Below, piece after piece: positions 1-7,736 of a DNA stretch of 37,067 nucleotides. Positions within the stretch are counted from its first letter, which is position 1. Each line of letters opens with the position of its first letter. The notes beneath the pieces are model-generated. The model was not told the DNA's origin. It ran no database searches and saw only the letters and a list, made by a program, of their open reading frames with translations. A program made the translations under genes and the position numbers. The DNA lies in NCBI GenBank assembly GCA_001029795.1, contig CP011216.1, positions 565,580 to 602,646 of the forward strand, read 5' to 3'. Source of the stretch: a candidate division Kazan bacterium GW2011_GWA1_50_15 (lineage in GTDB: Bacteria; Patescibacteriota; Kazan-3B-28).

Positions 1-309
1 GGGCTAGTGCTGTACCTGAGCGGGCGGATGCTGCCCAGAACGTTTGCCCATCAACTCACCGACAAGGGTGTGGTGGTAGCTGGTCAGTTTCACGCCTATG
101 GTCAGCTGCGTTCATTTTGGATCGCCCAAGGTGGCCAGGGGCCGGCGCTGAATTTAAGTTCAGCTAAGAAGCTAAGCTTCCTGCTGACTTTACAACTCGG
201 GACAGCTGATATAGAGAAAGTGAGAACAGTTTTATTAGAGTTTCTGCCAGAAGAGGCAGGCCGGGGTGAGGATGTGGTAGATAAGATCGGTCGCTTCTTT
301 AAGTTGTAG
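1..309 (+). CDS. 3' end of a CDS entering from the left edge (hypothetical protein, C-terminal ~100 aa)
   Basis: The frame is open from nt 1 (ggg cta gtg...) to TAG 307-309. No family motif was recognised by eye. Support is ORF length only. A tRNA starts 7 nt downstream. Confidence 0.35.
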   Translation, partial: GLVLYLSGRMLPRTFAHQLTDKGVVVAGQFHAYGQLRSFWIAQGGQGPALNLSSAKKLSFLLTLQLGTADIEKVRTVLLEFLPEEAGRGEDVVDKIGRFFKL

Positions 310-315
310 GTTTAT

Positions 316-391
316 GCGCCCGTAGCTCAGTGGATAGAGCGTCTGGCTACGGACCAGAAGGTCGGGGGTTCGACTCCCTTCGGGCGCGCCA
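316..391 (+). tRNA. tRNA-Arg (anticodon ACG), CCA encoded
   Basis: Cloverleaf folded by hand. Acceptor GCGCCCG/CGGGCGC, D stem GCTC/GAGC, anticodon stem TCTGG/CCAGA with loop CT-ACG-GA (ACG at 349-351). T arm GGGGG-TTCGACT-CCCTT, discriminator G, CCA at 389-391. Confidence 0.9.
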
Positions 392-547
392 CGTCAAAAT
401 GGACTCGCCTTGACGCTGGCTTAGCTAAGCTAACCCAGCTGTTGGGGCTCATCATTTCTCCTTTCAATCCGCCAACTGGCGGACACAAACAGAAGCTTAG
501 TTCGTGATTTTGGCAAGGAGGGAGCTTGAAAAGGATTGGGACGACGA

Positions 548-639
548 GGAGGGGTGGCTGAGTGGTCGAAAGCGGCACACTGCTAACGTGTTATACCCCG
601 TAAGGGGTATCGCGGGTTCGAATCCCGCCCCCTCCGCCA
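548..639 (+). tRNA. tRNA-Ser (anticodon GCU), class II long variable arm, CCA encoded
   Basis: Acceptor GGAGGGG/CCCCTCC. Anticodon loop CT-GCT-AA (GCT at 582-584). Long variable arm TATACCCCGTAAGGGGTAT. T arm GCGGG-TTCGAAT-CCCGC, discriminator G, CCA at 637-639. Confidence 0.9.
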
Positions 640-658
640 GTTAGTATACGAGGATACC

Positions 659-1117
659 ATGGAGTTAGAACACACGAAATATCTACAGGCCGCGCTAGCC
701 GAGGCCCGTAAAGCGTATCTTAAAAATGAAGTGCCAATTGGTGCGATAGTTGTCGACGCCGAAGGCAAGATCATTGGTCGCGGCAGCAACCAGACCCACA
801 CCAAAAAAGACGGTCTGATGCATGCTGAGCTAATCGCTATTAAGCAAGCTCAAAAACGACTGGGTGATTGGCGGCTAGAGGGAGCAAAGATGTATATCAC
901 TCTTGAGCCATGCTTGATGTGTCTGGGAGCGATTGGGAACGCGCGGATTGAGCAGGTGACATATTGGTTGACTGACCCGCTGTTTGGGTCAGTGGGAAGC
1001 AAATTATCGGGGGGGCAACTAAAGAAGTTATTTCCCAAACTACGTTGCCAGCGATTGAAAGATGATGGTACGATAGCTGGTCTGATGAAGTCGTTTTTCC
1101 AAAATCTGAGAAAATAG
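659..1117 (+). CDS. tadA: tRNA-specific adenosine deaminase (CMP/dCMP-type zinc deaminase)
   Basis: 152 aa with the HAE motif (GLMHAELIAI) and PCxxC motif (LEPCLMCLGA) at TadA-like spacing. GAGGA lies 5 nt upstream of the ATG. The gene sits between two tRNA genes. Confidence 0.9.
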   Translation: MELEHTKYLQAALAEARKAYLKNEVPIGAIVVDAEGKIIGRGSNQTHTKKDGLMHAELIAIKQAQKRLGDWRLEGAKMYITLEPCLMCLGAIGNARIEQVTYWLTDPLFGSVGSKLSGGQLKKLFPKLRCQRLKDDGTIAGLMKSFFQNLRK

Positions 1118-1141
1118 TGGAGTACGGTTAGGGTAGAGCTA

Positions 1142-1231
1142 GGAGGCGTGGCCGAGTGGTTTATGGCGCTAGTCTCGAAAACTGGTTGGGGAGCAATCCC
1201 CTCGGAGGTTCAAATCCTCCCGCCTCCGCCA
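1142..1231 (+). tRNA. tRNA-Ser (anticodon CGA), long variable arm, CCA encoded
   Basis: Acceptor GGAGGCG/CGCCTCC. Anticodon stem CTAGT/ACTGG with loop CT-CGA-AA (CGA at 1176-1178). Long variable arm. T arm GGAGG-TTCAAAT-CCTCC, discriminator G, CCA at 1229-1231. Confidence 0.9.
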
Positions 1232-1244
1232 GTTAGTATCTATC

Positions 1245-1270
1245 AAAAGAAGCCCGTGAGGGCTCCTTTT
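1245..1270. terminator. Bidirectional intrinsic terminator between convergent units
   Basis: AAAAGAAGCCC-GTGA-GGGCTCCTTTT forms an 11-bp stem with one A-C mismatch, flanked by an A-run and a T-run. It lies between the + tRNA/tadA cluster and the 3' end of the - strand operon. Confidence 0.5.
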
Positions 1271-1293
1271 GACAATGTCTGTAAGTAAACTAA

Positions 1294-1623
1294 CTACCCA
1301 AGGAAACCAATGACCGCATTGACGATAGCATAAGACAGCCCAATGATCACGACCCCTACCAGGGCGTTAGTGATCATCTGCCGGCCCGACTCAGCGCCTT
1401 TGGCCCCACCGGTGATGTAGGTGATCCCCCCAAAAACTAGATAGCCGACCGCGATCAGCCCGGCGATGCCAAAAACCCACGCAATGCCGTTGTTGATCGT
1501 GTCAAAGATAGATTGCTCTGAAGTGAGGTCGGTAGGGATGGGATTGACCTGCGCGAATACTGGGAGCACTGAAGCGGACAAAGCGGTTGCGATGCCAGCT
1601 ACGTAAGATAATACCTTTTTCAT
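1294..1623 (-). CDS. Small secreted two-TM protein, TrbC/VirB2-like (type IV secretion pilin-like family common in CPR genomes)
   Basis: 109 aa. Signal peptide (ALSASVLPVFA-QV), then two hydrophobic helices joined by a G-rich loop (FGGITYITGGAKGAESG). Size and topology match conjugative-pilin-like proteins. Family assignment is by eye. Confidence 0.6.
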   Translation of the reverse strand: MKKVLSYVAGIATALSASVLPVFAQVNPIPTDLTSEQSIFDTINNGIAWVFGIAGLIAVGYLVFGGITYITGGAKGAESGRQMITNALVGVVIIGLSYAIVNAVIGFLG

Positions 1624-1658
1624 ATTTACGACCCTTATTAATATGAAGCTCAGCGCCT

Positions 1659-2000
1659 TTATTGTATCAGAGAGATTACAGTATTGATAATAGCAAAGGC
1701 CAGGGCGGCGATAACTCCGCCGATGATAGCCGCGGTGATGGTTTTCTTACCGGCATCTGGCTGGCCAGTGATGTACTGGAGCCCGCCAAAAACTAGCATG
1801 ATTACCATGATGATACCGACTACTCCCATTAAGGTGGCTTGGATGGCCTCAATAATTGACACCACCTTATCAATCAGTGCGCCTATTCTCAAAAGCCCGG
1901 CCCCGGAGCCGGGGGTAGGGTCACTCGGCAGAGGCGGCGGGCTGCCAGCTGCGCCTTGCGCGGATGCTGCGCTAACTAACTTAATAAGCCAGTAGGTCAT
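1659..2000 (-). CDS. Paralogous TrbC/VirB2-like small two-TM protein
   Basis: 113 aa with the same helix-loop-helix layout (FGGLQYITGQPDAGKK) as the neighbouring gene and a Pro-rich N-terminal segment. Its start overlaps the SBP stop by 4 nt (ATGA). Confidence 0.55.
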   Translation of the reverse strand: MTYWLIKLVSAASAQGAAGSPPPLPSDPTPGSGAGLLRIGALIDKVVSIIEAIQATLMGVVGIIMVIMLVFGGLQYITGQPDAGKKTITAAIIGGVIAALAFAIINTVISLIQ

Positions 2001-3349
2001 TCGATCTTGTTGATATCGCGGACGGCTGTATCGATGGCGACCTCAGGGCTGATCTTGTCTTGGACTACACTTTTGATCATCTGAGCGAAGATGGCTTCGA
2101 TCTCGGGGGTATTCTTGCGGTACCAAGATTTGGCGTAATCGATTTGCTGGGCTACCGGTCCATAATAGCGCCGGTTGGTAAACGAGCTCTTTAGCTCCTT
2201 AGTGGCTGGGACGTGGTTGGTGGCGCGGAAGAATGCGTTTTGAGACCGGCGGCTGATCATAAATTTAATAAAATCCCAGGCCTCATTGGGGTGCTGGCTA
2301 TTTTTTGAGACAGTCTCACCCCAGTAGTTTGCGATGGTGATCGGGTCCTGGATCTGGCGTTGCGGCAAGAGGGCGGTTTCAAAATGTAAACTGGGCGCTA
2401 ACTGGCGGATCAGATCGACATGATAAGCATAGCCAAACATCATGGCGGTTTTCCCCTCGATAAAGGCTTGCACATCGGAAGGGAAGAGCCGATTGCCAGC
2501 AGCATCGACGGTGTCGGTGTAGGTGTAAACCGGTGAGCTAGGGTTGGTGAACTGGGTATAGTAACTGAGAGCGTTCTGCCCCGCAAAGAATGGTGGATTA
2601 CTGCCAGGCGAAGGCAAGTTAAAGGTAGCGGTGGTATGGTCAGCCGAGGTCATCTCGGCGCCGTATTGCATCATCAAAGTGGCCACGATATCAGCGGCGC
2701 GGGGGATGCCATCACTGCCGCCCAGAGGGATAGCTGAGCGAATGATGTTGCCGCGAGAGTCCTTCTGGGTAAGTTGAGGGACGAGATCGACCAGATCTTG
2801 GAGAGTACGCGGCGGCTGCTTGATCTTCTTCTCGCTAAAGATATCGGTGTTGTAGAACAGCATTAGATTGTCGATGTAATAGGGTATCGCGTAGATGCGA
2901 TTGTCGGATATGAAATCGTTTTGGACGACCTCAGGGAAGATATCCTTGTACTCTTTGATGGTAACGAGGCCAGCGGGTATAGGCGTAATCTGATTGATCT
3001 GATACGGCAGCCAATCGTTGTGGATCATAAACATGTCGGGGCCAGCCCCATCAGCGATCAGCTTGATTAAGTTCTTTTGGTAGTCATAGATCGTTTCTCC
3101 TGGTTTCAGACTGATCTTCTTAACCTCAACGGTGATGTTGGGGTGTTCTTTGGTGTAGTCATTGATCATTGCATCGAGAGTGTCGCTATCGTCCCAAAGC
3201 CGCCAATACTCCAGAGTGATCGGGTCTTTGGAGATAGTGGGTGGCGGTTCAGCTCCTGGTTCACGGCTACTGCGCCCGCACGATAGTGCGGTCAGGGATA
3301 TGACCGTGAGTAGACCGAACAGGAGATAGTGGGGATGGTGTTGGCGCAT
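1997..3349 (-). CDS. Extracellular solute-binding lipoprotein of an ABC transporter (sugar-type, family 1-like)
   Basis: 450 aa. The N-terminal signal has a lipobox-like LTALSC-G. Length and composition are typical of carbohydrate SBPs (WRLWDD, PDMFMIHNDWLP). No permease or ATPase gene is adjacent. Confidence 0.75.
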   Translation of the reverse strand: MRQHHPHYLLFGLLTVISLTALSCGRSSREPGAEPPPTISKDPITLEYWRLWDDSDTLDAMINDYTKEHPNITVEVKKISLKPGETIYDYQKNLIKLIADGAGPDMFMIHNDWLPYQINQITPIPAGLVTIKEYKDIFPEVVQNDFISDNRIYAIPYYIDNLMLFYNTDIFSEKKIKQPPRTLQDLVDLVPQLTQKDSRGNIIRSAIPLGGSDGIPRAADIVATLMMQYGAEMTSADHTTATFNLPSPGSNPPFFAGQNALSYYTQFTNPSSPVYTYTDTVDAAGNRLFPSDVQAFIEGKTAMMFGYAYHVDLIRQLAPSLHFETALLPQRQIQDPITIANYWGETVSKNSQHPNEAWDFIKFMISRRSQNAFFRATNHVPATKELKSSFTNRRYYGPVAQQIDYAKSWYRKNTPEIEAIFAQMIKSVVQDKISPEVAIDTAVRDINKIE

Positions 3350-4215
3350 TACTTGCGGGTAAACCGAGCGAGTAGTTGTTGGCGGAGCTTGGGTTGGTCG
3401 AGGGCGTATTCGATGATGGCGGCGAGGTATGAGGCGGGGTCACCGGTAGTTAGCCATTTGCCTCCCTGAACTTTGCGGGTAGCCACCGGGGCGGTTTTAC
3501 TAAGTAACTTGATGGCGTCAGCTGTCCAAAACTCGTTGTCTTTGCCTCGCTTGGTTTTAGCGAGTGCGGTGAATATTTCTGGCGTGAAAAGGTAGCGGCC
3601 GAACGAAGCCAAACAAGACGGCGCTTGGCGGGGAGTTGGTTTTTCGACTATATCGGCTACGAATGAGGTGCCAGGCTGCAACTTTACTATGCCATATTTC
3701 GATACCTCTTTACTATCTACTTCTTGGACGCCGATGATACTGCACTGGTGTTTGTGATACGCATCGATCAGCTGTTTAGCAAAAGGAACACGAGCTTTCA
3801 CTAGGTCATCGCCAAAGGCGTAGATAAAGGGTTCGTTGCCGATAAGCTCTCGAGCGGTGATCAGCGGCAGGGCGTTGCCGTAGCCTTCGACCTGTCTGAC
3901 GTAGACAAATTTAGCTAACTGGCTAATAGCTTTCATCTGTTGGACGAGAGTCTTTTTGCCTTGAGTAAGGAGTTGATGTTCTAGCTCGAAAGATGGGTCA
4001 AAATGATCTTCTATCGATTTTTTCTGCCAGTTGGTAACGAGGATGATCTCTTCGATCCCGGATTGGTTGAGCTCTTCGACAATGTACTGAACAATTGGCT
4101 TGTCGATGATTGGCAGCATCTCTTTAGGGCTAGCTTTGGTGGTGGGCAGGAATCGAGTACCAAAGCCGGCTACAGCAATCACGGCCTTGCGGACTGGCTG
4201 AAGTTTAGTCGGCAT
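3349..4215 (-). CDS. galU: UTP--glucose-1-phosphate uridylyltransferase
   Basis: N-terminal signature KAVIAVAGFGTRFLPTTKASPKEMLPIIDKP (GxGTRxLPxTK). 288 aa. The TAATG junction shares 1 nt with the downstream SBP gene. Confidence 0.9.
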   Translation of the reverse strand: MPTKLQPVRKAVIAVAGFGTRFLPTTKASPKEMLPIIDKPIVQYIVEELNQSGIEEIILVTNWQKKSIEDHFDPSFELEHQLLTQGKKTLVQQMKAISQLAKFVYVRQVEGYGNALPLITARELIGNEPFIYAFGDDLVKARVPFAKQLIDAYHKHQCSIIGVQEVDSKEVSKYGIVKLQPGTSFVADIVEKPTPRQAPSCLASFGRYLFTPEIFTALAKTKRGKDNEFWTADAIKLLSKTAPVATRKVQGGKWLTTGDPASYLAAIIEYALDQPKLRQQLLARFTRK

Positions 4216-4654
4216 CGTCTTTGACGGGGATTATCTTGGTATGGCTAGTTGCGGCCAGTGGCATAACTATAGTCAGTACCCCGTCATGGAGGGAAGCGCG
4301 AGTGCGATCGGGGTCGATGCTTTTGGGTAGATCGATAGTTCGGCTCAAACTGCCCCATTGGCATTCTTGGACATAGAAATGCTCTTTTTCATCGCCCGCC
4401 TCCTGCCAACTATTTTTGTGAACGGTTAACTGGTTGGTTGTGACGGTGACGCTAATGTCATGAATATTAGCGCCAACAATTGGGGCGCGAGCGATTAGTT
4501 TGCTTCCTGCCCTAACTAGATCGAGAGGCAGTTCGCTGGTGTCTGCAACGGTTTGAGTGTTATTCTCCGCATCAACGGTCTCTTCTATGTCACGAAAGGT
4601 AATGGTGCGGCTGTCGGCAGCTGGATTTTGGGCGAAAAAAGTATTGCGTAGCAT
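4205..4654 (-). CDS. Hsp20/alpha-crystallin family small heat-shock protein
   Basis: 149 aa with an alpha-crystallin-domain C-terminus (LPKSIDPDRTRASLHDGVLTIVMP). It overlaps the galU start by 11 nt. Confidence 0.85.
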   Translation of the reverse strand: MLRNTFFAQNPAADSRTITFRDIEETVDAENNTQTVADTSELPLDLVRAGSKLIARAPIVGANIHDISVTVTTNQLTVHKNSWQEAGDEKEHFYVQECQWGSLSRTIDLPKSIDPDRTRASLHDGVLTIVMPLAATSHTKIIPVKDDAD

Positions 4655-4662
4655 CGTCTCTA

Positions 4663-4691
4663 ATTATAAACCGCATACCCCCAAGCGCAAT
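4663..4691 (-). promoter_or_regulatory. Putative promoter of the hsp20-galU-SBP-pilin operon
   Basis: Read on the - strand: TTGCGC, 16 nt, TATAAT (4668-4663). The -10 ends 8 nt before ATG 4654 and no SD lies in the gap. Confidence 0.4.
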
Positions 4692-4705
4692 TTATGTAAC
4701 AGGTT

Positions 4706-4714
4706 TGATATAAT
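4706..4714 (+). promoter_or_regulatory. Extended -10 box (TGaTATAAT) for the SpoIID-domain gene
   Basis: A perfect TGnTATAAT directly abuts ATG 4715. The in-frame ATGs at 4730 and 4733 are therefore the more plausible first codons. Confidence 0.4.
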
Positions 4715-7039
4715 ATGCGTACCTATCTAATGATGAGACAGATAGCTTACATTTTGACTGTCATCTGGCTGGGAGCGTTGGTCCAGCCGGTTTTGGCTGT
4801 GGATGCGCTAGCTGCTAGTGTGGTATCGGTCAGCCCAGCCCTGGCCCTGAAAGCAGGAGCAACAGGGGGTTTTGAGATAGCGGTCAAAAATACTGGGACG
4901 ACGGCTTGGGCTAATGCGGGAGCGAATCCCTTGAAGCTGGGGGCGATCAGACCACAAGACCATGCCAGCAGATTTTATGATACGAGCTGGTTATCCCCCA
5001 ATCGAGCCGCAACTATGCAAGAAACGACCGTGGCCGCGGGGGAGATTGCTCATTTCTCGGTGACGGTCATGGCCAACGGATCCGGCCTAACCACTGAACA
5101 CTTTGGATTAGTGGTAGAGGGAGTAGCTTGGCTGCCGCGAGTAGATATCCCATTGACCATTAATGTCCAACCAGCGGTGTTCGCTGCTAAGTTGGTCCAG
5201 TTAGCGCCAACAAATGTGAGTTTAAAGACAGGCGAAACAGCTTCTATTGATGTCACATTCCAGAATACCGGCGATACGGCTTGGCAGAACATGGGCGGTG
5301 CGGCGGTGAAGGTGGGGACGGCTTCGCCGTTTGACCGCAAAAGCGCGCTGTATAACTCGACCTGGCTCTCGGCTAATCGGGTGGTATCGGCTGGGGTTGT
5401 GGTCCAGCCAGGCGAGACGGGAACGTTCAGTTTCACCGTGCAAGCGCCGAATAAAACCGGCAACTTTCATGAGGAGTTTGGGTTGGTAGCGGAAGGAGTC
5501 GCTTGGATGACCGCTAAATTCGGTTTAGATATGACAGTTGTGCCAGCTGTCTACGATGCGAAGTGGTCACAGCAGTCGCCCGGTCCAGTATCGGTGGCGC
5601 CGGGGGATACGACGCAACTTTGGGTAGAGTTCCAAAATATTGGTAACACAACTTGGTTAGCGAGTGGGCCGACTGCCGCTAAACTAGGGACAGCCCGTCA
5701 GCTGGATCGGGTCAGTGTATTCCGTGACCCTAGCTGGTTATCGAATAATCGAGTGGGGAACGTCACCCCAGACCAAGTGAGACCGGGTGAGACGGGCCGA
5801 TTTACATTTACTATCAAGGCGCCAGATAAGATCGGTCAGTACCGCGAGTATTTTCGGCCGGTGGTGGAGGGGGTAGCTTGGCTACCGGACGTGGGGCTGT
5901 ACTGGGATATTCATGTGGATGAAGAGTTGGTGATAGCTAGTCCCATCCGAGTGGGGCTGACCTCGACTACAGGGACGATTACCGTGCAGGGAAATATGGC
6001 TATCCGACGAGGTTCGGACAAGGGTTTAATACGCAAAGTCTACGGTGAGTCAGTTAATATTACTGCTCTTAGTTACGGTTACCGCTTGAGTACCGGAGAA
6101 GAAGTGAAAGATTATCTGCGGATCGTCCCGATGAATAAAAGTGTTGTTAGTGTATCTACTGACGGCATTGGTTTGTATAATACCTTCCGTGGGATAGTCG
6201 AGATCAGGCGGTCTAACCTCTCTGGCAATGTTTGGGCGGTTAACACACTAGAGTTGGAAGACTATCTGAAAGGTATCGCCGAGGTTCCAGATAATTGGCC
6301 GGTAGAGTCACAAAAAGCCCAGATGGTGGCAGCTAGGACTTTTGCCGCCAAAAAAAGGTTAGCTCCGCGGGCTGACATCTTTGATCTGTATGATGACACT
6401 CGTGATCAGGTCTATTACGGCTATAACTACGAGGTGCAAAAACCGAATCTCGCTGCCGCCGCTGAAGCGACTAAGGGATTAGTGATTAAATACAACAATG
6501 AACCCATCTCGGCTTACTTTTTCTCAGACAGTGGCGGCGCCACAGAAAACGTAGAGAATGTTTGGGGCAGAGGCAACCCCGCGGCAGCGATCGCGTATCT
6601 CAAGGGCGTGCCAGACCCCTATGCTAAACCGATCGATTGGAGTGCAACCCTGACGCAGGACTATCTACAAGGAAGGTTCGATAACCAGCTAGGGATAGCA
6701 GCTAACGGGAGTGAGATCATTGATAAAATCGAAGTGGCGGAGAGGTTCCCTTCCGGCCGGGCAAGAACGGTGAACTTTACCTTGCGGAGCGGACGGGTGG
6801 TGCCGGTGCCATTCTACGATTTCGACTATCTGACCAATAACAACGACATCAAGAGCATGAATTTTAATGTGGCGACGGTAGGGTATGTTGATACCCCGGA
6901 CTTTATGTTCACTGGTCAGGGCTGGGGACATGGGGTGGGATTACCGCAGTGGGGTGCTCGGCGGATGGCGGAAGCAGGTAAGAACTTCCAGGAGATCCTG
7001 ACTTACTACTACACGGGTGTCCAAGTATCCGCGCTTTGA
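4715..7039 (+). CDS. Secreted SpoIID/LytB-domain protein with three N-terminal ~120-aa Ig-like repeats
   Basis: The C-terminal half carries SpoIID-type motifs (AQMVAARTFA, YFFSDSGGATEN, GHGVGLPQWGARRMAEAG, YYYTG). The N-terminus has a hydrophobic signal, then 3 tandem repeats with the pattern W...G...KLGT...D..S.....SWLS.NR......V.PGE.G.F.F.V.AP...G...E.F.LV.EGVAW. The start may be ATG 4730 or 4733. Confidence 0.85.
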   Translation: MRTYLMMRQIAYILTVIWLGALVQPVLAVDALAASVVSVSPALALKAGATGGFEIAVKNTGTTAWANAGANPLKLGAIRPQDHASRFYDTSWLSPNRAATMQETTVAAGEIAHFSVTVMANGSGLTTEHFGLVVEGVAWLPRVDIPLTINVQPAVFAAKLVQLAPTNVSLKTGETASIDVTFQNTGDTAWQNMGGAAVKVGTASPFDRKSALYNSTWLSANRVVSAGVVVQPGETGTFSFTVQAPNKTGNFHEEFGLVAEGVAWMTAKFGLDMTVVPAVYDAKWSQQSPGPVSVAPGDTTQLWVEFQNIGNTTWLASGPTAAKLGTARQLDRVSVFRDPSWLSNNRVGNVTPDQVRPGETGRFTFTIKAPDKIGQYREYFRPVVEGVAWLPDVGLYWDIHVDEELVIASPIRVGLTSTTGTITVQGNMAIRRGSDKGLIRKVYGESVNITALSYGYRLSTGEEVKDYLRIVPMNKSVVSVSTDGIGLYNTFRGIVEIRRSNLSGNVWAVNTLELEDYLKGIAEVPDNWPVESQKAQMVAARTFAAKKRLAPRADIFDLYDDTRDQVYYGYNYEVQKPNLAAAAEATKGLVIKYNNEPISAYFFSDSGGATENVENVWGRGNPAAAIAYLKGVPDPYAKPIDWSATLTQDYLQGRFDNQLGIAANGSEIIDKIEVAERFPSGRARTVNFTLRSGRVVPVPFYDFDYLTNNNDIKSMNFNVATVGYVDTPDFMFTGQGWGHGVGLPQWGARRMAEAGKNFQEILTYYYTGVQVSAL

Positions 7040-7712
7040 GGAAATAATTTGGTTCGTTAAAGAAGGGATTGCACCTTCAAGGTGTGTCGGCTGCGGGCAG
7101 GTAGGGACTTGGCTATGCGGACTCTGTGCCAGTCAAATTGTATTTCTGAAGGTGCAAAACTGTTATCGCTGCGGCCGACTGATGCCTCGTGGCCGGACTT
7201 GTGATACCTGTCGGCGACACACACATTTGAGCGGGGTAGCTGTGGCCGCGCATTTTGAGATAGGCCCAGTGAGGGAGCTAGTGCATGAGTTGAAGTACAG
7301 TGGGACGATCGAATTGGCCAAACTGATGGGAGCGATGTTGGCGCATACGGTCGCTACTAACGGGTTGACTGATTTTATGTTGGTACCAGTGCCCCTGCAC
7401 TCGGGTAGGTTAGCAGGGCGAGGATTTAATCAAGCAGAACTGTTGGCACAGCAAGTGGTTGAACGGCTCGAGATGGTGGTTCGATCGGCATTGGCGAGAG
7501 TGCGGCCGACCGGGTCGCAGACCAAATTAACTCGCTTGGAGCGGTTGAAAAACGTGCAAGAGGCATTCAGGTGCCGAGGAGAGGTAGCGGATAAGAACAT
7601 ATTATTGGTGGATGATGTGATGACAACGGGAGCGACATTGGAGGAGTGCGCTGTGACATTGAAAAAAGCCGGAGCTAAGCGGGTCTGGGCGGTCGTGGTG
7701 GCACGCGGATGA
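7017..7712 (+). CDS. comF: ComF family protein (double zinc-ribbon plus phosphoribosyltransferase domain)
   Basis: Four CxxC pairs (CVGCGQ...CGLCAS...CYRCGR...CDTCRR) and a PRTase loop (ILLVDDVMTTGATL). GTG start overlaps the previous gene by 23 nt, so the start is uncertain. Confidence 0.8.
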   Translation: MSKYPRFEEIIWFVKEGIAPSRCVGCGQVGTWLCGLCASQIVFLKVQNCYRCGRLMPRGRTCDTCRRHTHLSGVAVAAHFEIGPVRELVHELKYSGTIELAKLMGAMLAHTVATNGLTDFMLVPVPLHSGRLAGRGFNQAELLAQQVVERLEMVVRSALARVRPTGSQTKLTRLERLKNVQEAFRCRGEVADKNILLVDDVMTTGATLEECAVTLKKAGAKRVWAVVVARG

Positions 7713-7736
7713 GCGCGGAACGGCGCTCAACCCGTT

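Noticed and set aside
392-547. Structured RNA or promoter in the tRNA-Arg / tRNA-Ser spacer (palindrome GCTTAGCTAAGC, hairpins CGTCAA...TTGACG and CCGCC-aact-GGCGG)
   Set aside because: These are only short, unrelated stems with no second copy in the window and no convincing -35/-10 pair. Evidence is insufficient for a feature call.
640-648. TAGTAT in the shared tRNA-Ser trailers (642-647 and 1234-1239) as -10 boxes using the T-loop TTCGAA/TTCAAA as -35
   Set aside because: Spacing would be 19 nt. The second copy is followed only by a terminator with no downstream gene. A duplication scar or processing signal is more plausible.
327-804. ORFs 327..578(-) and 583..804(-) from the six-frame track
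   Set aside because: They overlap two confidently folded tRNA genes and the tadA start, and they have odd Pro/Cys-rich composition. They are shadow ORFs.
1684-1995. Antisense ORFs opposite real genes. Examples: 1684..1995(+), 5050..5463(-), 10813..11154(-), 13440..13805(-), 16764..17183(-), 18815..19171(-), 20556..20930(-), 23400..23813(-), 26481..26828(-), 27298..27663(-), 28080..28397(-), 29696..30040(-), 31780..32094(-), 34879..35136(+)
   Set aside because: Each lies fully inside a CDS with strong motif support on the other strand. Such open antisense frames are expected in GC-richer DNA, and none has a recognisable motif, promoter or RBS.
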